Positions 8,573 through 17,351 of a stretch of 37,830 bases of DNA are shown here, in pieces. Source of the stretch: Chloroflexota bacterium (GTDB lineage: Bacteria > Chloroflexota > Anaerolineae > B4-G1); the NCBI GenBank assembly GCA_011046405.1, contig DSAR01000164.1, positions 1 to 37,830 of the forward strand, read 5' to 3'. The notes beneath the pieces were generated by a model. That model was not told where the DNA came from, did no database searches, and worked only from the letters and a program-made list of their open reading frames with translations. A program made the translations under genes and the position numbers. The stretch's first letter is position 1, and the number at the start of each line of letters is the position of its first letter.

Positions 8573-9400
8573 ATGGACGTATTGGAAGTACTGAGGCGAT
8601 GGGACGTTCAACCCAGCAAAGGCGCTGGGCAGAACTTCCTCGTCGATCCGGTCGTTTTGCAGAAAATCGTCGCTGCCGCCGACTTGACTTCCGACGACGT
8701 CGTCCTGGAAGTGGGGGCAGGGGTCGGGAACTTGACCGAGCGTCTGGCCCTGGCGGCCGCTCACGTCGTGGCCGTCGAGATGGATCGCGACCTGATCCCG
8801 GTGCTCCGGAGCACACTGGCTCGTTTCGACAACGTCACGCTGGTCGAAGGGGATATCCTGGACCTCAACCCGGCTGACCTGCTCGGTGATTTTATCCCCC
8901 CCCTGCGTTACAAGGTCGTCGCTAACCTGCCCTACTACATCACGTCGGCCATCCTCAGGCATCTGTTAGAGACGACTTATAAGCCCTGCCAGATGGTACT
9001 GACGATGCAGTGGGAGGTGGCGAAGCGCATCGTGGCCAGACCAGGGGATATGAGTCTGCTGGCCGTCAGCGTTCAATTTTACGGACAACCCCAGAAGCTC
9101 TTTCGCATCAAGGCCGGCAGCTTTTACCCCGCCCCGCAGGTAGATTCGGCCGTCGTGCGGATCGATCTGTACGACACTCCCCCGATACCGGCCGATGATC
9201 AGGCTGACTTCTTTCGCGTCGTGAAGGCCGGATTTTCGCAGCGGCGCAAGCAACTCCGCAACACGTTGGCCGCCGGCCTCCGAATGCTGCCCGACGAAGT
9301 GGAGACGAAACTCCACGCCATCGGCGTCGATCCCCAGCGGCGCGCCCAGGCGCTGACCATTGACGAGTGGGTCAAGATCACCGAGGTGTTAAACCCCTGA
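8573..9400 (+). CDS. rsmA: 16S rRNA (adenine1518/1519-N6)-dimethyltransferase RsmA/KsgA
   Basis: MDVLEVLRRWDVQPSKGAGQNFLVD...VLEVGAGVGNLTERL...ANLPYYITS is the classical KsgA signature. ATG 8573 lies 8 nt after the preceding stop. The ORF-track 5' extension from 8240 overlaps the previous gene out of frame. Confidence 0.93.
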   Translation: MDVLEVLRRWDVQPSKGAGQNFLVDPVVLQKIVAAADLTSDDVVLEVGAGVGNLTERLALAAAHVVAVEMDRDLIPVLRSTLARFDNVTLVEGDILDLNPADLLGDFIPPLRYKVVANLPYYITSAILRHLLETTYKPCQMVLTMQWEVAKRIVARPGDMSLLAVSVQFYGQPQKLFRIKAGSFYPAPQVDSAVVRIDLYDTPPIPADDQADFFRVVKAGFSQRRKQLRNTLAAGLRMLPDEVETKLHAIGVDPQRRAQALTIDEWVKITEVLNP

Positions 9401-9532
9401 TCGATCTGTTTGTGTTTTCTCCTCCTTTCCCCTAATTCTTTCTCCTTCCTCATGCAAAGCCATGCAACGAAATCGAAACGAAATTGTAACGTCTTTCCTG
9501 TCCCGTTTATGCTATATTACAAGTAGTTTCGA

Positions 9533-9705
9533 GGCTCTCTGCTAGTTCGCGTGCTCGGCTTAGCAAGCGGTCAATTTTTCGCCACGAATGACACGAATTG
9601 TCACTAATCTTTGGGTTTTTCGTGTTGATTCGTGCAAACCTGTCCTGAGCGTAGTCGAAGGATGCGTGGCCAATCTCTCACCGTGACCAAGCGAAATTCT
9701 GAAGG
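9533..9705. repeat. family A CACGAAT-palindrome repeat, copy 2 (diverged, with an internal replacement)
   Basis: GGCTCTCTGCTAGTTCGC...GCCACGAATGACACGAATTGTCACTAAT...TTCGTGTTGATTCGTGCAA...GCGAAATTCTGAAGG aligns to copies 1 and 3. It lies in the 5' region of the bactofilin gene. Confidence 0.8.
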
Positions 9706-9769
9706 CCCGCAAGACTTCGCTATCGGTAATTCCTTTTTGTTCTGGCTTGTCCCAGTTCAGGAAACTCTG

Positions 9770-12700
9770 ATGGATAAGGATAAAAAACCCCAAGAGACCA
9801 CCATTGGCTCCCAAGTCACATTGATCGGTCAGATGGATACCGATCGACCTATGCATATCCGGGGAATTTACGAGGGGGATCTGTCAGTCGCCAACTTGGT
9901 CTTCGTCGAAAAATGTGGCATGTCCAGTGGCAATATCGTGGCGGAACACGTCGTGGTGCATGGCGTCGTTGTTGGCAGCGTGCGAGCCACGCGGGTCGAA
10001 ATTCGGAGCAGCGGCAAGGTATGGGGCAATGTGTGTGCCTATACTTTTTACATTGAGCCAGGGGGATTTGTCCGGGGCCAGATTATCACGCCTGCCCGGC
10101 CTGGTGATACGAATTGGGATGTGGAACTTCCCGTCAATCTCGCGACCCTGCCTTTGCAACCGATGCGGGAAGATGCGCTGGATCATCTGCTAGAAGAGTT
10201 GGAGACGGTCGCTCAAAAGACCTTCATGCCCGACGACGTGCTGTTGCGGCCCCAACCTTTGCAAGTTAAACGGGCGCTGGCGCGAGTCGCCGACGCCAAA
10301 AACTGGATGATCCTGCAGCTTCAATTGGAATACCGCGCATTACAGGAGGCGTTCGAAGAACGAGAGGCCCTGATCGCGCTTTTCCAAGACGAAACTGAGC
10401 AGATGGGCAACGGACGCGAAGCCTCTCTGGTCCGGCAAACTATCGTTCTGGGCAATCAATTGCAACGCCTGCGCAAGGCGGCTGTGCAAAGACAACAGAG
10501 CCTATCCCGGCTGCAGCTCGAATTGATCGAGACACGCCTGTCGTTGCAGGCCGCGCAAAACGAGGTCGAAAACCTGCGCGACGACTTGAACAGACAGAAA
10601 GTCGAGCAAGAAGTGGGGCCAAGCGCTGGAGTTGGACACGATCAGCGCTATGATGATGAAGATGCTGCTGCTGAAAACAGATTGACCACGCACGCCGGGC
10701 CATCCACCGTCGATCTCGCCGCCATCGTTGCAGAGCGAGATCAAGCAACGGTCGAATTGGAAGAGGCGCGAGATCAAATAGAGACCCTGAAGCAGCGACT
10801 CGCCCACCTCCAGGAAGAAAAAGCAACTGCGACGAAAACCGTGGCCCAACTTCAAGACACATTGGAAAAAGCCCAGGGACAAAAGGTGGATTTGGCGGTC
10901 CGATTGTCGCGTGCCAGGAGAACCGTAGAACGCGAAGATATACTGACGGCCAAAGTGGCGGCATTGCGGGATGCCCTGGAGACGAGCCAACGACAGAAGT
11001 CTGATCTGGAACAGACTGTGGAACGGTTGACGAACGAACGAGATGTGATCCGAGAGACACAGAAACAGAAAATGGTCAATCTGGCCAGCGCCATGGCCCG
11101 GAGCGAGCGTTTGGTGTCTGAGCAGGACGACCTGCGGGAGCAAATAGATCATCTCCAGGATACGTTAGCGCATAGTCGTTTGAAGACGGTCGATTTGGAG
11201 CAAACAATCGCCCACTTGACCCAGGAACGGGATGAAGCGCGCGCGATCCAAGCACAAGAACAGACAAAAGAAGAGACGTCTCGCCAGCAAAGCGTTTTGA
11301 TGCAGACCATCGAGCGCCTGGAGAGCGAACGGGACGCCGCCTATGAAGAACGAGAAAAGCAGGAGACCGTGATGGCCGGTTTACAACTGGATTTGAATAC
11401 CGCCCTGGAGAGTGTCGAGCAATTAATGGCCAAACGGGACGAGCTTCGCAACGCACTGGCCACGGCGGAGCGGGAAAAAGAAAGGTTGGCGGAGAAGAGC
11501 AAACAGATAACCAACGAGCGCGATATGGCCCGGGCGGCGCGGGAGCGAGGACAGGCCTCGCTGGCCAACCTGCGCCAGGAGCTGGACGCCGCCGCGGCCC
11601 GCGTCCAGCAGTTGGCGTCCGAGCGAGACACACTGCGGGAAGAGATCGCCCACCTGCGCGAGACCGCCCAGACTGCCGAGGCCCTTCAGGCCGACCTTTC
11701 GGTGCTGCGCGAGGCGCTGGCGGCGGCGGAACGGGAGCGAGACGCGCTGCGCGAGGAGCAGGAAAAGGAGCTGGAAGCGCTGGCCGAGGCGCGAGATGCA
11801 GCCCAGACCGCCCAGGAGCAGGAACTGGAGGCCGCCGCGGCCCGCGTCCAGCAGTTGGCGTCCGAGCGAGACACACTGCGGGAAGAGATCGCCCACCTGC
11901 GCGAGACCGCCCAGACCGCCGAGGCCCTTCAGGCCGACCTTTCGGTGCTGCGCGAGGCGCTGGCGGCGGCGGAACGGGAGCGGGACGCGCTGCGCGAGGA
12001 GCAGGAAAAGGAGCAGGAAGCGCTGGCCGAGGCGCAAGATGCAGCCCGGGCACTGCAGGAACAAAGACAGGCGTCACTGATCGAGTTGCAAGCCGATTTG
12101 AGCGCGGCGCTGGAATGCATCGAGGCTTTACAATCGGAACGGGATCACTTGCAGGAGGAGGCCATCCAACTCAGGAAATCCCTGGGGGCCAATGAGGCCC
12201 GTCGGGTCGAAATGGCCAAACAACTGGCCCTCATAGCCGCCAACCAGGAACGAGAGAGCCCATTGCCGGCGGATGTGACGGCGCTGCACGAAGCGCTGGC
12301 GATCTCTGAGCACAAGCGGAAAGCACTGACCGAAGAACTGAAACAAGTCCAGCAGACCAGTCAAGCCCTCGTTGAGGAACAGCGCCAATCGGACCTGCGG
12401 GATCTGGACGAGCGCTCGGATGACACCAAGGCAGAGATTGAACAGATCGTTGGGGAGCGGGATCGCGCCCAGGCCAAATGGGAGCAGGCACAGGCGAGTA
12501 TCGCACAACTCAACGCCGATTTGAAAGCGGCTCGGCGGCGCATCGTCCGGCTGAAAGATCGGCTGACCGAGCAGGAAGCCGGCGTGGAGCACGGCGTGGA
12601 GCACGGCGTCAGTCTGAAGGAAAAGATCTTGCACGAGTCCAACGTGCACGTGGCCTATTGTCTCCGGTGCCGTGCGCAACGTCTCGTCTCAGAAGTGCGA

Positions 12701-12826
12701 GAGATCGAGATGCCCAATGGTCAACGAGCCGTCAAGGGTCGCTGCGCCGTGTGCGGTGCGGGATTATTCAGCCAGATCCCAGAAGGCCATCAGGTGACCC
12801 AAGATCTGTTGGCGTTCTTGCGTTAG
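9770..12826 (+). CDS. giant bactofilin-domain protein fused to a ~800 aa coiled coil and a C-terminal 4-Cys zinc ribbon (DUF5679-like)
   Basis: From ATG 9770 (MDKDKK). Bactofilin-like beta-helix repeats IGSQVTLIGQM..IRGIYEGDL..VFVEKCGMSSGNIVAEHVVVHGVVVGSVRATRVEIRSSGKVWGNVCAYTFYIEPGGFVRGQI. A long E/R/Q/A/L-rich heptad region follows. C-terminus YCLRCRAQR...MPNGQRAVKGRCAVCGAGLF (Cys codons 12659-12671 and 12743-12754). The ORF-track start 9632 lies inside repeat A2. No strong SD. Confidence 0.8.
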   Translation: MDKDKKPQETTIGSQVTLIGQMDTDRPMHIRGIYEGDLSVANLVFVEKCGMSSGNIVAEHVVVHGVVVGSVRATRVEIRSSGKVWGNVCAYTFYIEPGGFVRGQIITPARPGDTNWDVELPVNLATLPLQPMREDALDHLLEELETVAQKTFMPDDVLLRPQPLQVKRALARVADAKNWMILQLQLEYRALQEAFEEREALIALFQDETEQMGNGREASLVRQTIVLGNQLQRLRKAAVQRQQSLSRLQLELIETRLSLQAAQNEVENLRDDLNRQKVEQEVGPSAGVGHDQRYDDEDAAAENRLTTHAGPSTVDLAAIVAERDQATVELEEARDQIETLKQRLAHLQEEKATATKTVAQLQDTLEKAQGQKVDLAVRLSRARRTVEREDILTAKVAALRDALETSQRQKSDLEQTVERLTNERDVIRETQKQKMVNLASAMARSERLVSEQDDLREQIDHLQDTLAHSRLKTVDLEQTIAHLTQERDEARAIQAQEQTKEETSRQQSVLMQTIERLESERDAAYEEREKQETVMAGLQLDLNTALESVEQLMAKRDELRNALATAEREKERLAEKSKQITNERDMARAARERGQASLANLRQELDAAAARVQQLASERDTLREEIAHLRETAQTAEALQADLSVLREALAAAERERDALREEQEKELEALAEARDAAQTAQEQELEAAAARVQQLASERDTLREEIAHLRETAQTAEALQADLSVLREALAAAERERDALREEQEKEQEALAEAQDAARALQEQRQASLIELQADLSAALECIEALQSERDHLQEEAIQLRKSLGANEARRVEMAKQLALIAANQERESPLPADVTALHEALAISEHKRKALTEELKQVQQTSQALVEEQRQSDLRDLDERSDDTKAEIEQIVGERDRAQAKWEQAQASIAQLNADLKAARRRIVRLKDRLTEQEAGVEHGVEHGVSLKEKILHESNVHVAYCLRCRAQRLVSEVREIEMPNGQRAVKGRCAVCGAGLFSQIPEGHQVTQDLLAFLR
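11579..12064 (+). repeat. in-frame tandem duplication, 2 x 243 bp (81 aa) inside the coiled-coil gene
   Basis: Unit 1 is 11579-11821 and unit 2 is 11822-12064. The two differ at only a handful of positions (e.g. CAGACTGCC vs CAGACCGCC, GAGCTGGAAGCG vs GAGCAGGAAGCG). Confidence 0.95.
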
Positions 12827-12839
12827 AATCGAGGAGCAG

Positions 12840-14138
12840 ATGCGTCGAAGGAACAAGAGACGGATGAGGAGAAAGTACGTTTACCGGGGCATCGTGAGCC
12901 TCGCGTTGTTCGTCGTGATGCTGTGGGCCGGCGAGGCCAGGGCCGGGCGCTACTGGTTGGCCCCGGCGCCGGCCGCACCGGGCGATCCATTCCCTCTCGT
13001 CCAGGGGGCCGGCGATCTTTTTCGACCGGTTGTGGCGATGGACGGCAGCGTCGTCGTGTGGTACGCCTGGAGCGATGACGGGTTGGACGTGTTTGGGTTG
13101 GCGCTGGAGGCGGGTCAGCCACAGGGCGCCCCCTTCACTATAGGAGGCGGTCCCGGCGAGCAAGCGGCGCCCGCGATCTCGCCGGGGAGAGAGGGAGACG
13201 GCTACCTGGTGGTGTGGCACAGCCGGCGAGACGAGGCGGCCGATTTTGACGTCTATGCCCGCTATCTCGACGCCAGAGGGCGGCCGGTCGATGATCCATT
13301 CCCCGTGGCGGCTGGCCTGGGGGACCAACTCCGCCCCGCCGTCGCTTATGCCCCTGTCGTGGACCGGTTCGTCGTCGTCTGGCAGGGGCGGCGCGCCGGG
13401 GCTGAATTCGATCTGCACGCCCGGCTGATACCATCCTTGCCTCGATTGCGAGAGCAGGACGGCGAGATAAGCGGCGGAACCTTCACCGTCAGTTCAGCCC
13501 CTGGCGATCAACTCACGCCGGCCGTGGCCTGCGAGATCGAAGCGCCCCGCTGCCTGGTCGCGTGGATGGATACCCGGAACGCCAACACGCTGGACACCGA
13601 CATCTTCGGGCGCATGATCGACGCCAACGCCGGGACTGTCCTGGGCGACGAGATCGACGTGGCGGTGGAGAGATGGTACCAGGACTCGCCAGCCGTCATC
13701 TACAACCCCGTCAGCCGGGCTTACATGCTCGTTTGGAACGACGACATCGAAAGCCAGCTTGTGAGCAGCGACGGGCGTTCTATTGGCGGGCGGATAAACG
13801 TCTCTCGAGAAAGCCCATTCCAATACAAGCCGGCCATCGCCGTCAACGCTGCGGGCAATTACCTCATCGTATGGGAAGATGGACGCCGTCAGGCAATCCG
13901 AGGCATGGACATCTACGGCCAACGGCTCTCGCCCGACGGCGCGCCGCTGGGACGCAACTTTGCCCTATCGACCGAAGCGCACAATCAATACGCCCCAACA
14001 GTGGCGTTCGACCCTCGCCTGGGAGCATTTTTCGCTGTATGGGAAGATGATCGAGAAAGTGATGACGATGGAAACAGCTACCTCGTCCTGTACGGACAAA
14101 TCCTATCCGACGATGCCGATGACGAGAAGACGCATTAG
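12840..14138 (+). CDS. exported protein built from seven ~55-aa repeats (beta-propeller-like), family unknown
   Basis: GAGGAG RBS (12831-12836). N-terminus is Arg-rich plus hydrophobic with AGEARA-G. Seven copies of the pattern F.V....GDQ..PAVA......(Y/F)LVVW.D.R......DIYG..L...G...G. Confidence 0.8.
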   Translation: MRRRNKRRMRRKYVYRGIVSLALFVVMLWAGEARAGRYWLAPAPAAPGDPFPLVQGAGDLFRPVVAMDGSVVVWYAWSDDGLDVFGLALEAGQPQGAPFTIGGGPGEQAAPAISPGREGDGYLVVWHSRRDEAADFDVYARYLDARGRPVDDPFPVAAGLGDQLRPAVAYAPVVDRFVVVWQGRRAGAEFDLHARLIPSLPRLREQDGEISGGTFTVSSAPGDQLTPAVACEIEAPRCLVAWMDTRNANTLDTDIFGRMIDANAGTVLGDEIDVAVERWYQDSPAVIYNPVSRAYMLVWNDDIESQLVSSDGRSIGGRINVSRESPFQYKPAIAVNAAGNYLIVWEDGRRQAIRGMDIYGQRLSPDGAPLGRNFALSTEAHNQYAPTVAFDPRLGAFFAVWEDDRESDDDGNSYLVLYGQILSDDADDEKTH

Positions 14139-16605
14139 CTCGATAAAGGCACATCGTCGCTGGAGGCCCCTGGCCTTCGTCGCCCTGTGGTTGCCGTTCG
14201 TCGTGGCGTCCTTGCTCTACTCGCCGTTGCCGAAATTGGAACGAACAGCCGTCGATGCCGTTGATGCCGACGAACAGCGGTTGCTGGGGGCTTTTGACCT
14301 GCCCGCCGAACCGATCATGCTCGTGTTCCATCGCGCTGGGGGCCTCGCGCCACAGGACCGGGCCTACTTCAGACGTATCGGACAGGACGTGGGCAAGCAC
14401 ACAGCTTACGGAGAGGCAGAAGGTGAGACCTATGCCCTCGCCCTGGCTTCCAGCGCGCACGTCCAGGAGACGGCTGAACGCCGCGCGGCCCTCCAGGGTT
14501 CTCCCGATGGCCTGTCGACGTACGTCACCGGGAAGCGCGCCCTGGCCTACGATGCCGCCGTCGCGTGGCGGGAGAGCCGATGGCTGGTGCTGGTTGGCTG
14601 CGGGATCGTCGCCGCTTTGGCCGCGTTATTCAGCAAATTTGGCCTCTCCCGCGCCGTGCTCGTGGGGCTCAGCGCCAGCTGCGTGGGAGCGATGGCGAGT
14701 GTATTGGCCGCCCTGCTCGCCCCGCCATTGACCGTTGCCCTGAGCACCACTCTCTCCGCCGGGTTGGCCGGGACGTGGTCCATACGTCTGCTCTCGCCCC
14801 GTCGTCCAGACGATTCGCCTCCCGTCCCGGCGGTGAGACGCGGCGCACCGGCGCAGGCTGGCATGGCCTCTCTCACGTCACCCACCGTGTCCAGGTTGAC
14901 GCCGTTACAGCACGCCATCGTCCAGGCCGGTGAAGGAACGTTGCTCCAGGCCTTCATCGTCATCGCCGGGTTAGCCGGCTTTCTGTTCAACTTGAGAACG
15001 GGGATCGCGTTATTTCTGGGCGTACTCGTAGCCATTGCATTCAGTTTGAGCGGCGCGCCCGCGCTCATCGCCCTCCTGGCGCGTCCCCGCCATCCCCGCC
15101 CCCCGGGCGAGCCAAAACCGCATAAGGGATTTCGCCTGGGACTGGCGGTGCTTCTGGCAGCGGGCGTATTCTGGCTGACGCCCAGTGCCCATCCCATCGA
15201 CGCGGTCCCGTCGTCAGCGGCGTCGGCTGTGGGATACGACCTGTTGCGCGCCAGCGCCATCATCGGGCGCGCGATGCCTTTCCACCTGTTGGCGCAGGCG
15301 CCCACGGCCGGGCGCAGCGACACCAGTTTGGCCGCCCTGGACAACTTGATCGCCGACCTGGAAAATCGAGCGGAGATCGCCGCTGTAGAGGGGCAGGAAG
15401 CCCTACAAGCACGGCCCGGCCCGCCGGCGCCGGTAGAAGAGTGGCTGAGCGGGCGGGAGGGCGTCGCCGGCGCCCTGGCAAAGGACCTGGAAGTGCAAGC
15501 GGGCGCGCTGGCGACAGTGATCGACGTGCTGGAGCGCATACCCTCGGCGACCGCCAGCCCGGCGCCAATTTCAACCAGTCAATCCCTCACGACGTCGTTG
15601 AACGAGACCCGCGTCCGTCTCGACGAGGTCAGAGATACCTTGACGACGGCCAACGCGATGTTGGACAGCGTGCCCATCGAGTTCCCGGAGATCGCTCCCC
15701 GGATGCGCAACGTGCCGGCTCTGAAAGCGCTGCCCGACATTTTGGCCCATGCCGTCGCTGACCTGGCCGATATATCGGCCGATATATCGGCGGACCTATC
15801 AACCATCGTTACGAGCGCCTCTCCGCAGCGCAGCACGTCTGTATCCGTAAACGAACAACTTGCACCGGTGCAGGCTGAATTGACCCGTTCGCTGTCGGCG
15901 CTGGAGGACCTGGCGATCCGCACGTTCGCTCTGCAAGAGGATCTGAACGCCGCCGAGGCTCAATGGGCCAGCGCTGCCCTGGGAGATCCGGCGCCGGTCA
16001 CGCCCAGCCCGTATCTGGTCAGCCACGACCTGATCCGCTTGGCGCTCGTCCCGGCCGGCGACCCATACGCGCCGGCGACCCTGGAGAGCGCCTCGACCTT
16101 GTTGCAAATCATTCAGGACGCGCGGACCAAGGGGCCGTTATCAGACAGCGCCCTTTCATTGTATGGTACACCCGTGGCCGCTAACGCCCGGAAGGATCGA
16201 CACTTGCATAATCTGTGGTTCCCTGGTACCATTCTGGCGACTCTGACGACGATGCTTTGTGCCTGGGGCGCGCTATCACGAGCTGGTCCGGCGCTGCGCT
16301 TGGCGGCTGGCGCGTTGTTGAGCAGTCTGGCGGGCGTGGGGTTGGCCGCCGTGCTGGGACCTGTGGATGTTGGCGTCCTGGCCTCGGCCGGGGTAGTTGT
16401 AGTGGCTGTCGCGGGCGGCCGGATGGCCGCGGGATGGATATCCACGGCCGAGACGTTGGCCCTGGCGCTTCCTCCACTGTGCCTGGGATTGACCGGCATC
16501 CCTGCCCTGGCGACCATGGGCATCGTCACGAGTAGTGGGCTGCTGGCGGGGCGCCTGCTTGTCGCGCCGTCCTGTGGACATCGTCGGCCCGCCGAAATGG
16601 AGTGA
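14113..16605 (+). CDS. large polytopic membrane protein, MMPL/RND-superfamily-like topology
   Basis: Start is ATG 14113 or 14119 (MPMTRRRISS...), overlapping the previous stop (14136-14138). Topology reads TM1, soluble loop, a TM bundle (WLVLVGCGIVAALAALF...), a second TM bundle, a ~430 aa Ala/Leu-rich helical extracytoplasmic insert, then a C-terminal TM bundle. The family call is from topology and weak recall only. Confidence 0.6.
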   Translation: MPMTRRRISSIKAHRRWRPLAFVALWLPFVVASLLYSPLPKLERTAVDAVDADEQRLLGAFDLPAEPIMLVFHRAGGLAPQDRAYFRRIGQDVGKHTAYGEAEGETYALALASSAHVQETAERRAALQGSPDGLSTYVTGKRALAYDAAVAWRESRWLVLVGCGIVAALAALFSKFGLSRAVLVGLSASCVGAMASVLAALLAPPLTVALSTTLSAGLAGTWSIRLLSPRRPDDSPPVPAVRRGAPAQAGMASLTSPTVSRLTPLQHAIVQAGEGTLLQAFIVIAGLAGFLFNLRTGIALFLGVLVAIAFSLSGAPALIALLARPRHPRPPGEPKPHKGFRLGLAVLLAAGVFWLTPSAHPIDAVPSSAASAVGYDLLRASAIIGRAMPFHLLAQAPTAGRSDTSLAALDNLIADLENRAEIAAVEGQEALQARPGPPAPVEEWLSGREGVAGALAKDLEVQAGALATVIDVLERIPSATASPAPISTSQSLTTSLNETRVRLDEVRDTLTTANAMLDSVPIEFPEIAPRMRNVPALKALPDILAHAVADLADISADISADLSTIVTSASPQRSTSVSVNEQLAPVQAELTRSLSALEDLAIRTFALQEDLNAAEAQWASAALGDPAPVTPSPYLVSHDLIRLALVPAGDPYAPATLESASTLLQIIQDARTKGPLSDSALSLYGTPVAANARKDRHLHNLWFPGTILATLTTMLCAWGALSRAGPALRLAAGALLSSLAGVGLAAVLGPVDVGVLASAGVVVVAVAGGRMAAGWISTAETLALALPPLCLGLTGIPALATMGIVTSSGLLAGRLLVAPSCGHRRPAEME

Positions 16606-16609
16606 AAGT

Positions 16610-17200
16610 ATGGATGCTGAGTATATGAAATTGGTCGTGACCGGATCCTTCAACGCTGGCAAGACGACGTTCATTCAGACGGTCAACGAGATCGATGGCG
16701 TCAGCACCGAGGTCCAGACTATGGAGAAGCGCAATGTCAAACGTCAGACCACGGTCGCGATGGACTTTGGCCGGGTGACGTTATCCGGCGGTCTGCGATT
16801 GCACCTGGTGGGCACACCCGGCCAGCGTCGTTTCTCCTTTATGTGGGAGACGTTGATTCTGGAATGCAACGGCGTATTGATGTTGGTGGATAGCAGCGAA
16901 GCGGAAAGCCTGGATGAGACCAGCCGGATGTTCGATTTCTTCGCCGTGCGACTCGGCGACGCGCCGATGTTCGTCGTGGCAAACAAGCAGGATCATCCCC
17001 AGGCGCTTTCACCGACCAGGATCGAGCGATCCTTGAATCTGGTCACTGCGGGATGTGGCGGGAATGGGGGGCGAGAGGTGGCCCTGTTGCCAGCGCCGGG
17101 TTGCGTGGCCCACGATCGCGCTTGTGTGCTCGCCATACTGGAAAGCATCGCCCCGCACCTCGAGCAACGGGGCAATGGCGCAGGGGAATCAAGGCCTTGA
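16610..17200 (+). CDS. Ras-like small GTPase of the CvnD / MglA-related 'ATP/GTP-binding protein' type
   Basis: GGAG RBS, 7-nt spacer, ATG 16610, 4 nt after the previous stop. P-loop GSFNAGKT (16643-16666). TTVAMDFG switch region. G3 GTPGQ (16811-16825). G4 NKQD (16982-16993). Confidence 0.85.
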   Translation: MDAEYMKLVVTGSFNAGKTTFIQTVNEIDGVSTEVQTMEKRNVKRQTTVAMDFGRVTLSGGLRLHLVGTPGQRRFSFMWETLILECNGVLMLVDSSEAESLDETSRMFDFFAVRLGDAPMFVVANKQDHPQALSPTRIERSLNLVTAGCGGNGGREVALLPAPGCVAHDRACVLAILESIAPHLEQRGNGAGESRP

Positions 17201-17351
17201 AAGCTGACCCCATGTTCTGAAAAGTTGACCTTAAGAACAGGAATAGGACGCAGATCAACACAGATGAACGCTGTTTTTTGTCTGCGAAATTCTGCGTCCA
17301 AAAAGACTTGTCAGTCAAGCAGGCCCTGAAACAGAAAAATAATTGGGAGGC

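Noticed and set aside
11076-12077. Long antisense or alternative-frame ORFs in the ORF track (e.g. 11076-12077, 2648-3538, 5031-6038, 7761-8816, 14547-15539, 25868-27040, 26959-27678, 33723-34781).
   Set aside because: They are Arg/Gly/Pro/Ala-rich translations lying entirely inside well-supported genes on the other strand or frame. This is typical of stop-codon-poor high-GC DNA. They have no RBS, no motifs and no recognisable domains.
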